Origin: a virus
Lineage: Duplodnaviria; Heunggongvirae; Uroviricota; Caudoviricetes
Reading direction: 5' to 3' (one strand)
Length of the DNA: 64,000 nt
IMG/VR virus record: IMGVR_UViG_3300047409_000308
Location: 1 to 64,000 of that record
Shown here: positions 54,756 to 63,947 of the stretch, one piece after another
Numbering within the stretch: the first letter of the stretch is position 1
Layout of the letters: each line of letters opens with the position of its first letter
Notes under the pieces: model-generated
Told to the model about the DNA's origin: nothing
The model's database searches: none
Seen by the model: only the letters and a program-made list of their open reading frames with translations
Program-made: the position numbers and the translations under genes

Positions 54756-55664
54756 TTAAGAAGACGCTCCGCCGATTGTTGTTGTGGACCGCGCTGCCCA
54801 GGATGGTTTGAACGCAGCCGCTACGGTGTAGGTAATAACGATAATGCCCTGTGCGCCTGCTGCACCACGCCTTCCTCCTCCGCCGCCTCCGTACAATCCG
54901 CCAACACCACCCGCTGTTCCAGCGAGAAACTCACCTCCACCTCCGCCGCCTGAACCATGAGTAGAGTCAAATTCAGTGCCCGATCCACCTGGAGCGCCTG
55001 CGTTGTTGGTAGTTGTGAACCCTCCACCACCACCCCCGCCATTCATTCCAGCCTGCGCGGGAGCGCTTGCAGTTGCACCAGCCCCTGCCCCTGTACCTCC
55101 TTGATTCGCTCCTCCAGCACCACCAGAAGTCGCCTGTGCAACCTGTCCCGCGCTGCCGCCGCCATTTCCTCCACCACCACCCGATGCTACGCCAGAGGAA
55201 GCGCCAGCCCCTCCATTCGCGCCATTACTTAGAGGACCACCAGCCCCGCCGCCGCCACCAGACGTTACGTTAACACCACCACCATTGCCACCTGCAAATT
55301 TACTATCCCCACAACCGCTCGCAGATAAACCGCCATCACCGGCAGTCGTACCGGCCTTCGCGCCGCACGATATTGCAGTGCCGTTGGCTATGGCATTTGC
55401 AACGCTGGATGCGTTAAACCATGTATCTCCTGCGGCTGCGCCAACCTTCAGCGCGCAACCATTCGATGCTGTAATTGCATTAGATTTAGAATAAGCTCCG
55501 CCGCCACCACCGCGCCCTGCACCAGTGGAACCGGCACCACCGCCGCCAATGCATTCAACCTGAATCGCCCCGCCGTCCCAATTGACAGGCGCAGTCCATG
55601 TTGTTGCTGACGTACTGGTAATGAATTGAACAGCGGTTGTCACGCTAGCACTACCCACTTCCAC
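54756..55664 (-). CDS. Glycine-rich (poly-Gly run) fibre or collar-like protein (302 aa)
   Basis: Runs such as GGGGGGG and GGGGAG typical of phage glycine-rich tail proteins. Confidence 0.5.
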   Translation of the reverse strand: MEVGSASVTTAVQFITSTSATTWTAPVNWDGGAIQVECIGGGGAGSTGAGRGGGGGAYSKSNAITASNGCALKVGAAAGDTWFNASSVANAIANGTAISCGAKAGTTAGDGGLSASGCGDSKFAGGNGGGVNVTSGGGGGAGGPLSNGANGGAGASSGVASGGGGGNGGGSAGQVAQATSGGAGGANQGGTGAGAGATASAPAQAGMNGGGGGGGFTTTNNAGAPGGSGTEFDSTHGSGGGGGGEFLAGTAGGVGGLYGGGGGGRRGAAGAQGIIVITYTVAAAFKPSWAARSTTTIGGASS

Positions 55665-55760
55665 GGCCCGTTAACCGAGGACACATCCACTACGCCGTCG
55701 GTGACAACGCCTGAGCCTCGGATGAACTCGACTACGTGCTGTTTCATCGCGCAGCCAACC

Positions 55761-55976
55761 TCATTTCATTGCTCGTCCGCCACCGCGCGTTGCGCAGCCC
55801 ATGCCTCGGCCAACCGAACCACCCTTGGCGTACCCGGCAGTCTTGGCCTGCTTGCGGTCATAGGCTTCCTCGGCCTTGGACCCCTCTTTCATGCCTTTTG
55901 GCTCCACGTCCTTGCCCGACTTCTCGAACGCAACGAAGCCACCCTTTTTGTACTTCCCGGATTTTTTATCTGCCAT
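55761..55976 (-). CDS. Small basic Gly/Lys-rich protein (71 aa)
   Basis: AAGGAG RBS before the ATG at 55976; 'AGYAKGGSVGRG'. Confidence 0.45.
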   Translation of the reverse strand: MADKKSGKYKKGGFVAFEKSGKDVEPKGMKEGSKAEEAYDRKQAKTAGYAKGGSVGRGMGCATRGGGRAMK

Positions 55977-56077
55977 GCTGTACTCCTTTCCAACAGATTG
56001 CGGGATGCCAATGTTGCTCTTGCCAGCAGCGGCTATTCGCATCGCCAGCGCCTGACGAGCGCTCGTCGATGGCACTT

Positions 56078-56308
56078 TTATCTGACTCCGATAAATCTGG
56101 TGCCACGAATCGCAGCACCGCCGCCTCTCGACTTGCCACCGCCATACCCGGCTTTGCTGTCTCCAGGAGCAGGTCCCGTCTTGATGGGTGCCTGCCCGAC
56201 AGTCGAGCCACCGGAGATGGTCCCGCTTGTCTTTAGCCCGGCTTTCTGCAACCGACCTACGCCGCTGCCCGCACCTGCCGTCATCGATGATGCTTTGCCC
56301 TGTGCCAT
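56078..56308 (-). CDS. Small basic Gly-rich protein (76 aa), paralog-like of the previous gene
   Basis: AAGGGG RBS; 'AGYGGGKSRGGG'. Confidence 0.45.
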   Translation of the reverse strand: MAQGKASSMTAGAGSGVGRLQKAGLKTSGTISGGSTVGQAPIKTGPAPGDSKAGYGGGKSRGGGAAIRGTRFIGVR

Positions 56309-56387
56309 GATACTTACCCCTTGATCTATACCGCCTGGTTTAAACTTCCTGTCTATAACACTACGCCTGTTCACAAACATCGTTACA

Positions 56388-57662
56388 TCATCCTGCCGAC
56401 AAGGCTTGCATTTGGGCGGCGCTCTGTTGACTTAGGTAGATATACACAGGCGCGATCGTGCCGCCCCACTGATTCGTTCCACCACTATGTCCAATTTCAA
56501 TCACTGCGCCTGAGCCCATACTGCCATCAAAGAGCACGTTTGTGCCCGGAGCCACTCCGTCCCCGGTTGCAGCCAATCCGGCAGCGCCCCATGACGTTAC
56601 GCGCTTTCGCACGCCAGTTGACATTGCGCTCAGACCGACTTTTATGACCTGATTCGTCCCGTCGTTCACATCGATTTCAGTATCCACGCCAGTGCTGCGC
56701 AGATACATAATTCGGCCCGTCGAAGAGGCTGCAATAGCGTAGCAGTTACCGGCAGTTGCGTTTGATGTGTAGTTTGTCGTCAATCCCGCAAAGGCCGTTC
56801 CTTGCGTAAAATCGATGTTTCCGGCGCTTGCTAAACTCAGCACGTCCGCAGCCCTTGCAGCGCCAGCGCTTGCCATCGGACTCGTAGCGAAGATATTCGC
56901 CGCGAGCGCCTCGAACTGATTGAAGTCCGCTTCGATTGCGTCGCCTGACGATCCAAAGATGATGCCATAGACGGCATTGAGGACGGACGCATTGAGTTGG
57001 ACGCGCGTGTAGGTCACAGCATTGAGTTGCGCAGTCACATCCAGTGTTGTCGCGCCTTGCTGGATTACGACGGTGCCACTGCCAGTTACGCGTCGCAGGA
57101 AGACGCTGTAGGTGCGCGAGGAAGCCGCCGCAACCAGCGTTTGCAGGATCGTGCCCCCTGGCGCGGTGGCGGTGAGCGTGCTCGCCGTATTTGCCACGCC
57201 AGTAATGCCGGTTGCCGTTTTTGCTGCGGTTACACCAACCTTGACCCAGCTTGCATCCGTCATGTCTCTGATACTGGCGCTTGGAGTGACCAACTGAATT
57301 CCAGCACTTTCCGGAAAATAACCTCCATACGGTCCCACTGCCGTATCCCGGCCAAGATAACAACTGCGCGGGACCCCGGTTGAGATTGATGCCCACAGTC
57401 CGCTTGCGAGCTTGGTCAGAGCAGGCCCGACTCGGGTAAAGGTGGCGGGGCCAACTCCCTGCAATAGCGCTAGATTGACGCTGCCATTGCCTAAATCATT
57501 CAACGGAAGAATAAACGAAGTCGCACCCACGCCACTGCCGCCAGCAGTACCGCCAATGCCGCCGCCAGGTTTGCTGATGCCGCCAGGCGCACTGATGCCA
57601 GGCAGGGACGCAAGTCCCCCCGCAGCCGATATTCCCAGAGCGCTGCCAACCCCGCCGATCAT
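56388..57662 (-). CDS. Tail fibre-like protein (424 aa)
   Basis: Gly/Ala/Thr/Ser-rich composition. Confidence 0.5.
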   Translation of the reverse strand: MIGGVGSALGISAAGGLASLPGISAPGGISKPGGGIGGTAGGSGVGATSFILPLNDLGNGSVNLALLQGVGPATFTRVGPALTKLASGLWASISTGVPRSCYLGRDTAVGPYGGYFPESAGIQLVTPSASIRDMTDASWVKVGVTAAKTATGITGVANTASTLTATAPGGTILQTLVAAASSRTYSVFLRRVTGSGTVVIQQGATTLDVTAQLNAVTYTRVQLNASVLNAVYGIIFGSSGDAIEADFNQFEALAANIFATSPMASAGAARAADVLSLASAGNIDFTQGTAFAGLTTNYTSNATAGNCYAIAASSTGRIMYLRSTGVDTEIDVNDGTNQVIKVGLSAMSTGVRKRVTSWGAAGLAATGDGVAPGTNVLFDGSMGSGAVIEIGHSGGTNQWGGTIAPVYIYLSQQSAAQMQALSAG

Positions 57663-58201
57663 TACATATTTGCCCCTGCGTTGATGACGGTCAGGTCGGC
57701 ATAGCCTGCGGTGAAGGCCGATACATTCAAGCGCGTTGCAAAAGGCGGGGCAAAGTAATTGCCGTCCGCCGAAGCCGTCTGGTTAAAGAGGATCGAGTGC
57801 GAGAAGATGCGCGCCATCTCCACCATCACCCCAGGCGCGGAGAACGCCGCCCCGGAATTGGCTACGGTGTAGGTGACGCTGTTCTGGTTCGGGACCGACG
57901 CAACCGCAAAATCCCCGTCAAGCGGCGCACCCGCCCCCTGGACATGAATCCAGTCCCCAACGGACAATCCGTGGTTGGTGATAGGCACCGTTGCCACCGT
58001 GGTAGATCGGGTGATCGGCGACAAGGGGGCAACCGGCGTAAGGATGTTGTCGAACGTGTGCTGCACCGTGTAGGTCAGGTTGGCGTTCGAGGAGAGCTTC
58101 ACCCCGAACCCGACGACGAAGCCTGGCACGAGCCACGTGAGCGGTATCCAGTTGGAGAATCCTGCGGCTGTGACCCTGACCGTTGCCGGACGCATTGCCA
58201 T
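57662..58201 (-). CDS. Hypothetical structural protein (179 aa)
   Basis: ATG/stop overlap chain in the late operon. Confidence 0.45.
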   Translation of the reverse strand: MAMRPATVRVTAAGFSNWIPLTWLVPGFVVGFGVKLSSNANLTYTVQHTFDNILTPVAPLSPITRSTTVATVPITNHGLSVGDWIHVQGAGAPLDGDFAVASVPNQNSVTYTVANSGAAFSAPGVMVEMARIFSHSILFNQTASADGNYFAPPFATRLNVSAFTAGYADLTVINAGANM

Positions 58202-58281
58202 GATGCTGCTCCTTCAAAAAACAACGCCGGAAGAAAAAGCTCCCTCCGGCGTGAAGCGCTCGTTCGCGCGAGGCCGTTATC

Positions 58282-59226
58282 TCAGGCATCAGCGGCTGGA
58301 AGTAAATACCCACTTTTATCGGCAGTTCCTGAGTAGTAGTTTTGACTAAACACAAAGCCAGAACTTGCCGTGACCAGGACTTCGGTGGTGGCATCCGCAG
58401 CGAAGATGTGGTTGTTGGCAATGATCCCTGAATTCGTGCTGCCGTTCGTTGTAATCAGGATGCCAGCCGTGGCCGTTGACACATCGACAAAGTTGAACAC
58501 ATTGCGCTGTACGCGCAGGTTCGTCACCAGTTTGCCCGCCGCAATCGGCATCAGCTTCGCCGCATCGTCCACGCTCGCCTGACTGAAGTATCCATCCAGC
58601 ACAGAGACACGGTTGTTCGTCCCGTCCATGCGGATGATGGTGGAGGTCGCCGTCGCAGTCAGCCCATACCAGTTGGTGCCAGCGAGAGTCAGCCCATCAG
58701 CATCATTCGACGTAGCACTGGTATCGACCAGACACACGAAATTCAGGATCGCGCTCGTATCCCGGAAATCGCATTGGTTCAAGGTGAAGTTCTTCGCCGT
58801 GGTCAGGGTAAAAGCAGCCGCTACATCCGCTCCGCCAGTCCCCGCAACAAAGAGACAGTTGGTGAACGCCACGTTAGCCGCACTCACCGCAATCGTTGCA
58901 GTCGGCGCAGTCCAGGTAAAGGTGGGACGCGCGGACCCCACCCCCAATCCGACCAGTTGTACCGCCTTGGACAGCGCCCCGAAGGAAGTGGCGGTCGAGA
59001 TCGTCTCCGCATGGCCCGGAGCAATGAGCAACGTATCCCCGGCTGTTGCCGCTGCCACAGCCGTAGCCACCGTAGTATAAGCCGTCGCAGGCGAGGTTCC
59101 GTCCGCCGCACCCGATGACGCGGAGTTGACAAACAACACATTGCCCGCCGTCAGAAAACCGCCCCCTGGACCGATAATGGGCACCCCGAACGAGGAAACA
59201 CCGAAGGGGAAATTGGTGACTGCCAT
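58282..59226 (-). CDS. Right-handed parallel beta-helix (pectate-lyase fold) protein; tailspike or depolymerase candidate (314 aa)
   Basis: 'AYTTVATAVAAATAGDTLLIAPGHAE' and periodic Asn/Thr/Val beta-helix rungs. Confidence 0.55.
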   Translation of the reverse strand: MAVTNFPFGVSSFGVPIIGPGGGFLTAGNVLFVNSASSGAADGTSPATAYTTVATAVAAATAGDTLLIAPGHAETISTATSFGALSKAVQLVGLGVGSARPTFTWTAPTATIAVSAANVAFTNCLFVAGTGGADVAAAFTLTTAKNFTLNQCDFRDTSAILNFVCLVDTSATSNDADGLTLAGTNWYGLTATATSTIIRMDGTNNRVSVLDGYFSQASVDDAAKLMPIAAGKLVTNLRVQRNVFNFVDVSTATAGILITTNGSTNSGIIANNHIFAADATTEVLVTASSGFVFSQNYYSGTADKSGYLLPAADA

Positions 59227-59249
59227 GGTGATGCTCCTTCGTTTAACGG

Positions 59250-59834
59250 TTAAACCTCAAACCGATTGCCCTTGCTGGAGTTATCGACATGAGGAATGAT
59301 TCTTAAATTCCAGGGCGTGTGCAGTCCACATACCACATCAGACCGAATTGGAATAATGTGGTCAACTGTATATAACTCTCCAGTCGTTTTTGTCATCTGC
59401 ATTGCCATCCGGTACATGTTTTTAATCTGTTCACGATCTTCCCTCGACAACCACTTCGGCATAGCAGTCCTGACGCGCCTGCTATACATCTTCGCATTAA
59501 CTGCGTCTTGCTCAGGGTGTGTCTTTTTCCAAGTCCTTTTATATTGGCGTCTTAACTCAATATCAGTCAGATTTGCCTTTGCAATCACCAACTCCTTGTT
59601 GGCTGCATAGTACCTTTGTTTCGATGCCAATCCCGCCGCTGACTTATTGTAGGCGCTGAAGTATTCCGCCCGGCCCGCAGCACTTTGCTGCCACTCCACC
59701 TTGATGCACTCAACACACGCACCCTTGGTTTTACGCAGAGCTATGTGTCCATGCTTGCATGGCAGCCCGGTAAAGTAGTGCGTCGCTCCAATCCGTTTCG
59801 CTTCAGCCCTCGTCGTCGGTACTTCGTCTTTCAT
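59250..59834 (-). CDS. HNH homing endonuclease inserted between the capsid and tail genes (194 aa)
   Basis: N-terminal 'YFTGLPCKHGHIALRKTKGACVEC'. HNH core 'VDHIIPIRSDVVCGLHTPWNLRIIPHVDNSSKGNR'. Confidence 0.7.
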   Translation of the reverse strand: MKDEVPTTRAEAKRIGATHYFTGLPCKHGHIALRKTKGACVECIKVEWQQSAAGRAEYFSAYNKSAAGLASKQRYYAANKELVIAKANLTDIELRRQYKRTWKKTHPEQDAVNAKMYSRRVRTAMPKWLSREDREQIKNMYRMAMQMTKTTGELYTVDHIIPIRSDVVCGLHTPWNLRIIPHVDNSSKGNRFEV

Positions 59835-59897
59835 TTTCAGGCTCCTTGTTATTTGATACAGGTAAGGAACCTGATGATACAGATTTACCGCATTTTG

Positions 59898-60809
59898 TCA
59901 ACTCACACCTGGCGAACCCCAGACTCCTAGCGGGTCGGACACGCCGAATGAATAGCGGGCCCTCGCCTTGTAACGAACATTCCCAGTCTCGAAGTCCCCA
60001 AGCATTTCTGTCTTCAGCGGAACCCTATCGAAATACTTAAGGCCATTTGGGATGTCGGTTTTTATGAACCACCCGTTAGCGTCGGTCAAATAATGGTTGA
60101 TCGTCCACCCATCCGGGATGGAGTTGAGCGACTTCAGCGCATTGATGTCGTTGTTGGCGGTATTCACGCGCAGTTCGGACTTCAAGAGGCGCTGCACGAT
60201 GAACATGTACTCTTTGGGGATGATGAGCTTCTTTGCCTGGCAGGCGATCAGGAGGCCCCGTTCGTCGAGCCAGCCCGCGATCTGGATGATCGCTGCTTCA
60301 AGGCTGGTTTCATTCAGATCGGCTCCGGTGGTTGGCCGGTTGGAATTCACTCCGCCTGAGGTCAATGGGTGCGCAGTGTTGAACAGGGTTACGCCGTCGC
60401 CATAGGTGAAGGCAGCAGTGAAGCCGTTGTTGAGGATGTTGGCTGCAATCACCTGCTTGGTATAGGCCATGCCACGGGCGAGGGCCTTGGTGTAGCGGGC
60501 CGAGAGGCTGTCGTACAGGTTGTCCTCCATGGCCTCCTCGGTGATGGCGAAACCCATGGCGATGGTCTGGTGGGTGTAGCGGGCGGACCAGGCTTCCTGC
60601 GCGTTGTCGTAGGCGATGGCAGCCCCTTCCTGCTTGACTGGAGCGGCACCGAAGCCTGAGAGCTTCAGTTCTTCCTCGAACGAGCGCTCGGAGGTTTCCT
60701 GTTCGTAGATTTCCTTGTCTTCTTCCTCGTACTTCTTGTACTCCAGCCCAAAGAGGGCGTTCAAGCCGGGGAGGAGTTCCTTGAGTAGCTGTGCGCGACT
60801 GATTGCCAT
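59898..60809 (-). CDS. Major capsid protein, lambda gpE-like (Phage_cap_E family), 303 aa
   Basis: N-terminus 'MAISRAQLLKELLPGL' resembles lambda E 'MSMYTTAQLLA'. GGGAGAG RBS. Sits after the decoration-like gene, as in lambda. Confidence 0.65.
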   Translation of the reverse strand: MAISRAQLLKELLPGLNALFGLEYKKYEEEDKEIYEQETSERSFEEELKLSGFGAAPVKQEGAAIAYDNAQEAWSARYTHQTIAMGFAITEEAMEDNLYDSLSARYTKALARGMAYTKQVIAANILNNGFTAAFTYGDGVTLFNTAHPLTSGGVNSNRPTTGADLNETSLEAAIIQIAGWLDERGLLIACQAKKLIIPKEYMFIVQRLLKSELRVNTANNDINALKSLNSIPDGWTINHYLTDANGWFIKTDIPNGLKYFDRVPLKTEMLGDFETGNVRYKARARYSFGVSDPLGVWGSPGVS

Positions 60810-60825
60810 GATTGTCTCTCCCGAG

Positions 60826-61431
60826 TTAGACGCCAGCGGCGATTTGATAGGAGTGGATACCGAAGTTCCACGATACGACAAGCTCCGTGAACGCATCGCC
60901 CACCGTGCTGCCCTGGCCTGGGTTGTTGACGAAATCGATCAAACGCCACGGGAATCCAGCGGTGGTTGCTGTGGTTGCCGCAGCCGCCATCAAGCTCTTG
61001 CCGGTCACGGTCGAGCCGGTCAGGCCGGTAAATCCGGACGTGGCGGAGACATTGACGTTCTCGCCGAGGGCAGTCTGGGGCACGGTGCCATCGGCCTGAA
61101 TCTGGAACAATGCAAACGGATCGTCGATCACATGTCCCAAGGCGTCAGCAGCCACGGTGCTCGCGGGCCAGAAATTGCTGTTGATGAAATAGCGCGTCGA
61201 GCTTGCCTGGGTGAATTGGCAGCCCATGAACACCCCGACCACCCTGGGGCTGGTGCCTACGTCCATCGCCACCAGAGTGCCGGTGGTGGCATCGATGACC
61301 ACCGCCTCACCGTTGAAGATGTTGCTCGAATAAGCCGATGCGATCTTGATCGCCCGCGTCGAACCGGCAAATGGCGTGCCGCCGATCTTGTTGATGGGGC
61401 GCAGGCCGTAAGGCTGGAGGCTGAAAGCCAT
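60826..61431 (-). CDS. Head decoration-like protein, lambda gpD position (201 aa)
   Basis: GAGGAG RBS; beta-rich Thr/Ala/Gly composition; immediately upstream of the major capsid gene. Confidence 0.4.
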   Translation of the reverse strand: MAFSLQPYGLRPINKIGGTPFAGSTRAIKIASAYSSNIFNGEAVVIDATTGTLVAMDVGTSPRVVGVFMGCQFTQASSTRYFINSNFWPASTVAADALGHVIDDPFALFQIQADGTVPQTALGENVNVSATSGFTGLTGSTVTGKSLMAAAATTATTAGFPWRLIDFVNNPGQGSTVGDAFTELVVSWNFGIHSYQIAAGV

Positions 61432-61452
61432 GGTTTAAACTCCTCGAAGTAG

Positions 61453-61926
61453 TCAAAGATTAGGTTCTTCGCTGCGCGAACCGAAGGTCACGGTGCGCTT
61501 CCTGTCGTTGATGAGCGGCATGCGCGGGTCTTCGCCACGCATGTAGTTGGTGGACGTTGCACGCTCCTGCATCGCCGTGCGTTTGTCGTAATACGCCTTG
61601 ATTTTCTCTGCCTGCACGGTGGGGATGCTGCATAGGAGAAGCCCGCCGATTTCCACGTTGCCCGCCTGCGTCCAGCGGGAGTTTGGATCGGTAATGATGT
61701 GCAGTTCTGGATGGTCTTCCAGGCGCTCCGGGACCCAGCCCTCGCGGTAGCGCTTGGACATGTTCGTGGGATCGGGCTCTCCGAGCGTGGAAGCCCGGAT
61801 GTAGCGGAAGGTCTTGCCTTCCTGCGGAGTAGGATCAGGCAGGGTCGATGGCGGGAGCCAGGACTCAGGATCGGGCCGGGATTCTAGCTCTCTGCTGCGT
61901 GGGTGTTTTGGTATTCCGCGTGGCAT
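61453..61926 (-). CDS. Hypothetical head-module protein (157 aa)
   Basis: ORF in the late-operon chain. Confidence 0.4.
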   Translation of the reverse strand: MPRGIPKHPRSRELESRPDPESWLPPSTLPDPTPQEGKTFRYIRASTLGEPDPTNMSKRYREGWVPERLEDHPELHIITDPNSRWTQAGNVEIGGLLLCSIPTVQAEKIKAYYDKRTAMQERATSTNYMRGEDPRMPLINDRKRTVTFGSRSEEPNL

Positions 61927-61950
61927 TGCTTACCTCGACAAAGTGGTGGC

Positions 61951-63024
61951 TCATGCAGATTTGTCCCTTAACTGGACTACCTGCTGTGCATAGAGTTCAA
62001 GCGGAACGCCAAGCCTTTTCGCTACGGCTACCTGCGTCTGCGTGAGCGTCACTTTCTTCGAGGGGCCGGAGCGGGTGACTCCGGCGACAACGGAACGTGC
62101 GGTGGAGCGAGTCTCAGACTCGGGCGCAGACCTCTCGACGGGGTTGCCAAACTGCTCCGGGAAGTGCTTGCGCATTTCGGCATCGAGGCGGGCGTAGTAT
62201 TTATCGCTCCTCGCATCCATGCCTTCCTTCACAAATTTCGAGTGAAGGCCATAAGCCGTGGCGGTCATGACTTCATCTTTGCCGAACCAGTCGTTCTTTG
62301 CCGCCCACGCTACCGCTTGTGGGTCGGGTTGGTTCGGACGCGGGGTGGGTTGTACCGATTCCCCAGCCCGTTCAACGCCTTGTACTCCCCTTTCCCCTTT
62401 TTGTAAAGATTCTCTTTGTAAAGGTTTAAACGCATCAGCCTCGCGCTTCTCGGCGGCGGCATTGTTCATTTCGACGAGGGCGTCCGCAATCTTGGCCCCG
62501 TCCCCGCTGCTGTAGGCTTCTTCGTACTTTCGCTTCGCCTCATTCAATGCAAGTTCGGTGCGCTTTTTCACCTGCTCCAAAAGGTACGATTCACCCTTGG
62601 ACAAGTAGGCTTTGGTCTGCGTCAATTCTCCGGAGAGGCTCTGCGCATAGCGGATCGCTTCCTCATTTTCCCGTGTCGCCGCCTCGCGGGCGCTTTTCTC
62701 GTCCTGGTACTTCATGTACAACTGGCGCATGCGCTGCTGCGAGCGCTTGCCGTAATCCCGGATTTCCTCCTCCAGCGCATCCTTCGATGCCGGGATGTCA
62801 GACAGTTCCTCCTCTGCCTGCTTCAGCTTCTTGCGGCGTACCTCGTTTAACTTGCGCTCCTCCTCGGGCAGGTCATCGATGACCTCGATCTCAATCTCTG
62901 GCGCAGCTTCCTTTACTGGTTTTTTTAAGACCACTCCCTCCTCGGCTTCGACCTCGGCTCCAGGGGTATCCTGATCGAAGTTGAGGTTATCCTCGTCTTT
63001 GCCATTCGCTTTATTCGTTGCCAT
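61951..63024 (-). CDS. Scaffolding-like protein: Glu/Lys-rich coiled-coil (357 aa)
   Basis: Acidic/Lys-rich helical N-terminal two thirds; position upstream of D/E-like genes. Confidence 0.45.
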   Translation of the reverse strand: MATNKANGKDEDNLNFDQDTPGAEVEAEEGVVLKKPVKEAAPEIEIEVIDDLPEEERKLNEVRRKKLKQAEEELSDIPASKDALEEEIRDYGKRSQQRMRQLYMKYQDEKSAREAATRENEEAIRYAQSLSGELTQTKAYLSKGESYLLEQVKKRTELALNEAKRKYEEAYSSGDGAKIADALVEMNNAAAEKREADAFKPLQRESLQKGERGVQGVERAGESVQPTPRPNQPDPQAVAWAAKNDWFGKDEVMTATAYGLHSKFVKEGMDARSDKYYARLDAEMRKHFPEQFGNPVERSAPESETRSTARSVVAGVTRSGPSKKVTLTQTQVAVAKRLGVPLELYAQQVVQLRDKSA

Positions 63025-63036
63025 GATTTGCCCTCG

Positions 63037-63528
63037 TTAACCTGCCTTGGTGATGCCGCGCGGGTCAGGCGTCACCCCTTCCACCACGTCCTCGTTGATG
63101 AATCGATACTCCTGCCCGAGGTACATGAACCTCGTCCCTGCATAGGAGCGCATCAGGATGAAGTCCCCCTCCTTGCACCAAGGCAATGAGTAGCGGGTTT
63201 TGTCGGTGTAGCAATCCTTGCCAAGGGCAATGACAAAACCCACGATGGTGGCCTGCTGTTCGCGCTCCAGGGTTTCCGCCGCCTTGACAATACCGCCACG
63301 GGTCGCCTCCTTTAAACGCGGAATGGCGATCAGGATTTTCCACCCGGCAGGCTGCGGCAGGTTCTCGGCTGCTTCCCAGGCAAGCTCTGCGATGGGGTGC
63401 TCCACGTCGATTTCATTGAAGGTATTACGCGGTTCGTAATATTGCTCCTCCACCTGTGTCTTAAACTTCTTCACCCCATGCTCCGATTGGATTCCACCAA
63501 AGGAAGTCACTTCCGCTGTCTCACTCAT
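63037..63528 (-). CDS. GroES-like (cpn10 fold) co-chaperonin homolog with an N-terminal extension (163 aa)
   Basis: Aligns with GroES: 'KILIAIPRLKEATRGGIVKAAE' against '[22 protein letters not shown]', 'ATIVGFVIALG' against 'GEVLAVGNG', and 'KEGDFILMRSYAGTRFMYLGQEYRFINEDVVEGV' against '[36 protein letters not shown]'. Confidence 0.55.
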   Translation of the reverse strand: MSETAEVTSFGGIQSEHGVKKFKTQVEEQYYEPRNTFNEIDVEHPIAELAWEAAENLPQPAGWKILIAIPRLKEATRGGIVKAAETLEREQQATIVGFVIALGKDCYTDKTRYSLPWCKEGDFILMRSYAGTRFMYLGQEYRFINEDVVEGVTPDPRGITKAG

Positions 63529-63724
63529 CTCCACCCCCTTGTGCTTTGATTGCCGCATCCACCATGTCGAGCAGCATGCGCTCGGCATAGGCCAAACCTT
63601 CGATTACGCCGTTCATGCGCCGGTAGGCGGCAAAATCCTGGCAGGCCCCGGTCGCCATGCTGTCGGTTACATCGTTCATGCGGTCGCGCAGGTGCTTACG
63701 CAGAAGTTCAGCGTTGATTTCCAT
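63521..63724 (-). CDS. Hypothetical protein (67 aa)
   Basis: Internal ATG of track ORF 63521..63907. Confidence 0.35.
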   Translation of the reverse strand: MEINAELLRKHLRDRMNDVTDSMATGACQDFAAYRRMNGVIEGLAYAERMLLDMVDAAIKAQGGGDE

Positions 63725-63947
63725 CTTCAACCTGTTCGTGTTTCTTGAACTGTGTTTCAGGATCGTGCATGCCTGTAAGAACTTGATCCAGACGAAAACC
63801 TTGAAAAGGACCATTACGATGAATACGCTTGGGCACGATAATAATGTCGCAATCCCAAACCTCATATTCTTTCTGGCTTGGCTTGAGGTTTTCTCCGGCT
63901 GGAGCAAAACCGGAGAATCCTCCCATGAGTTTCGTCATGCCTTCCAC
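63708..63947 (-). CDS. Hypothetical protein (79 aa)
   Basis: Six-frame ORF at the window end. Confidence 0.35.
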   Translation of the reverse strand: MEGMTKLMGGFSGFAPAGENLKPSQKEYEVWDCDIIIVPKRIHRNGPFQGFRLDQVLTGMHDPETQFKKHEQVEDGNQR

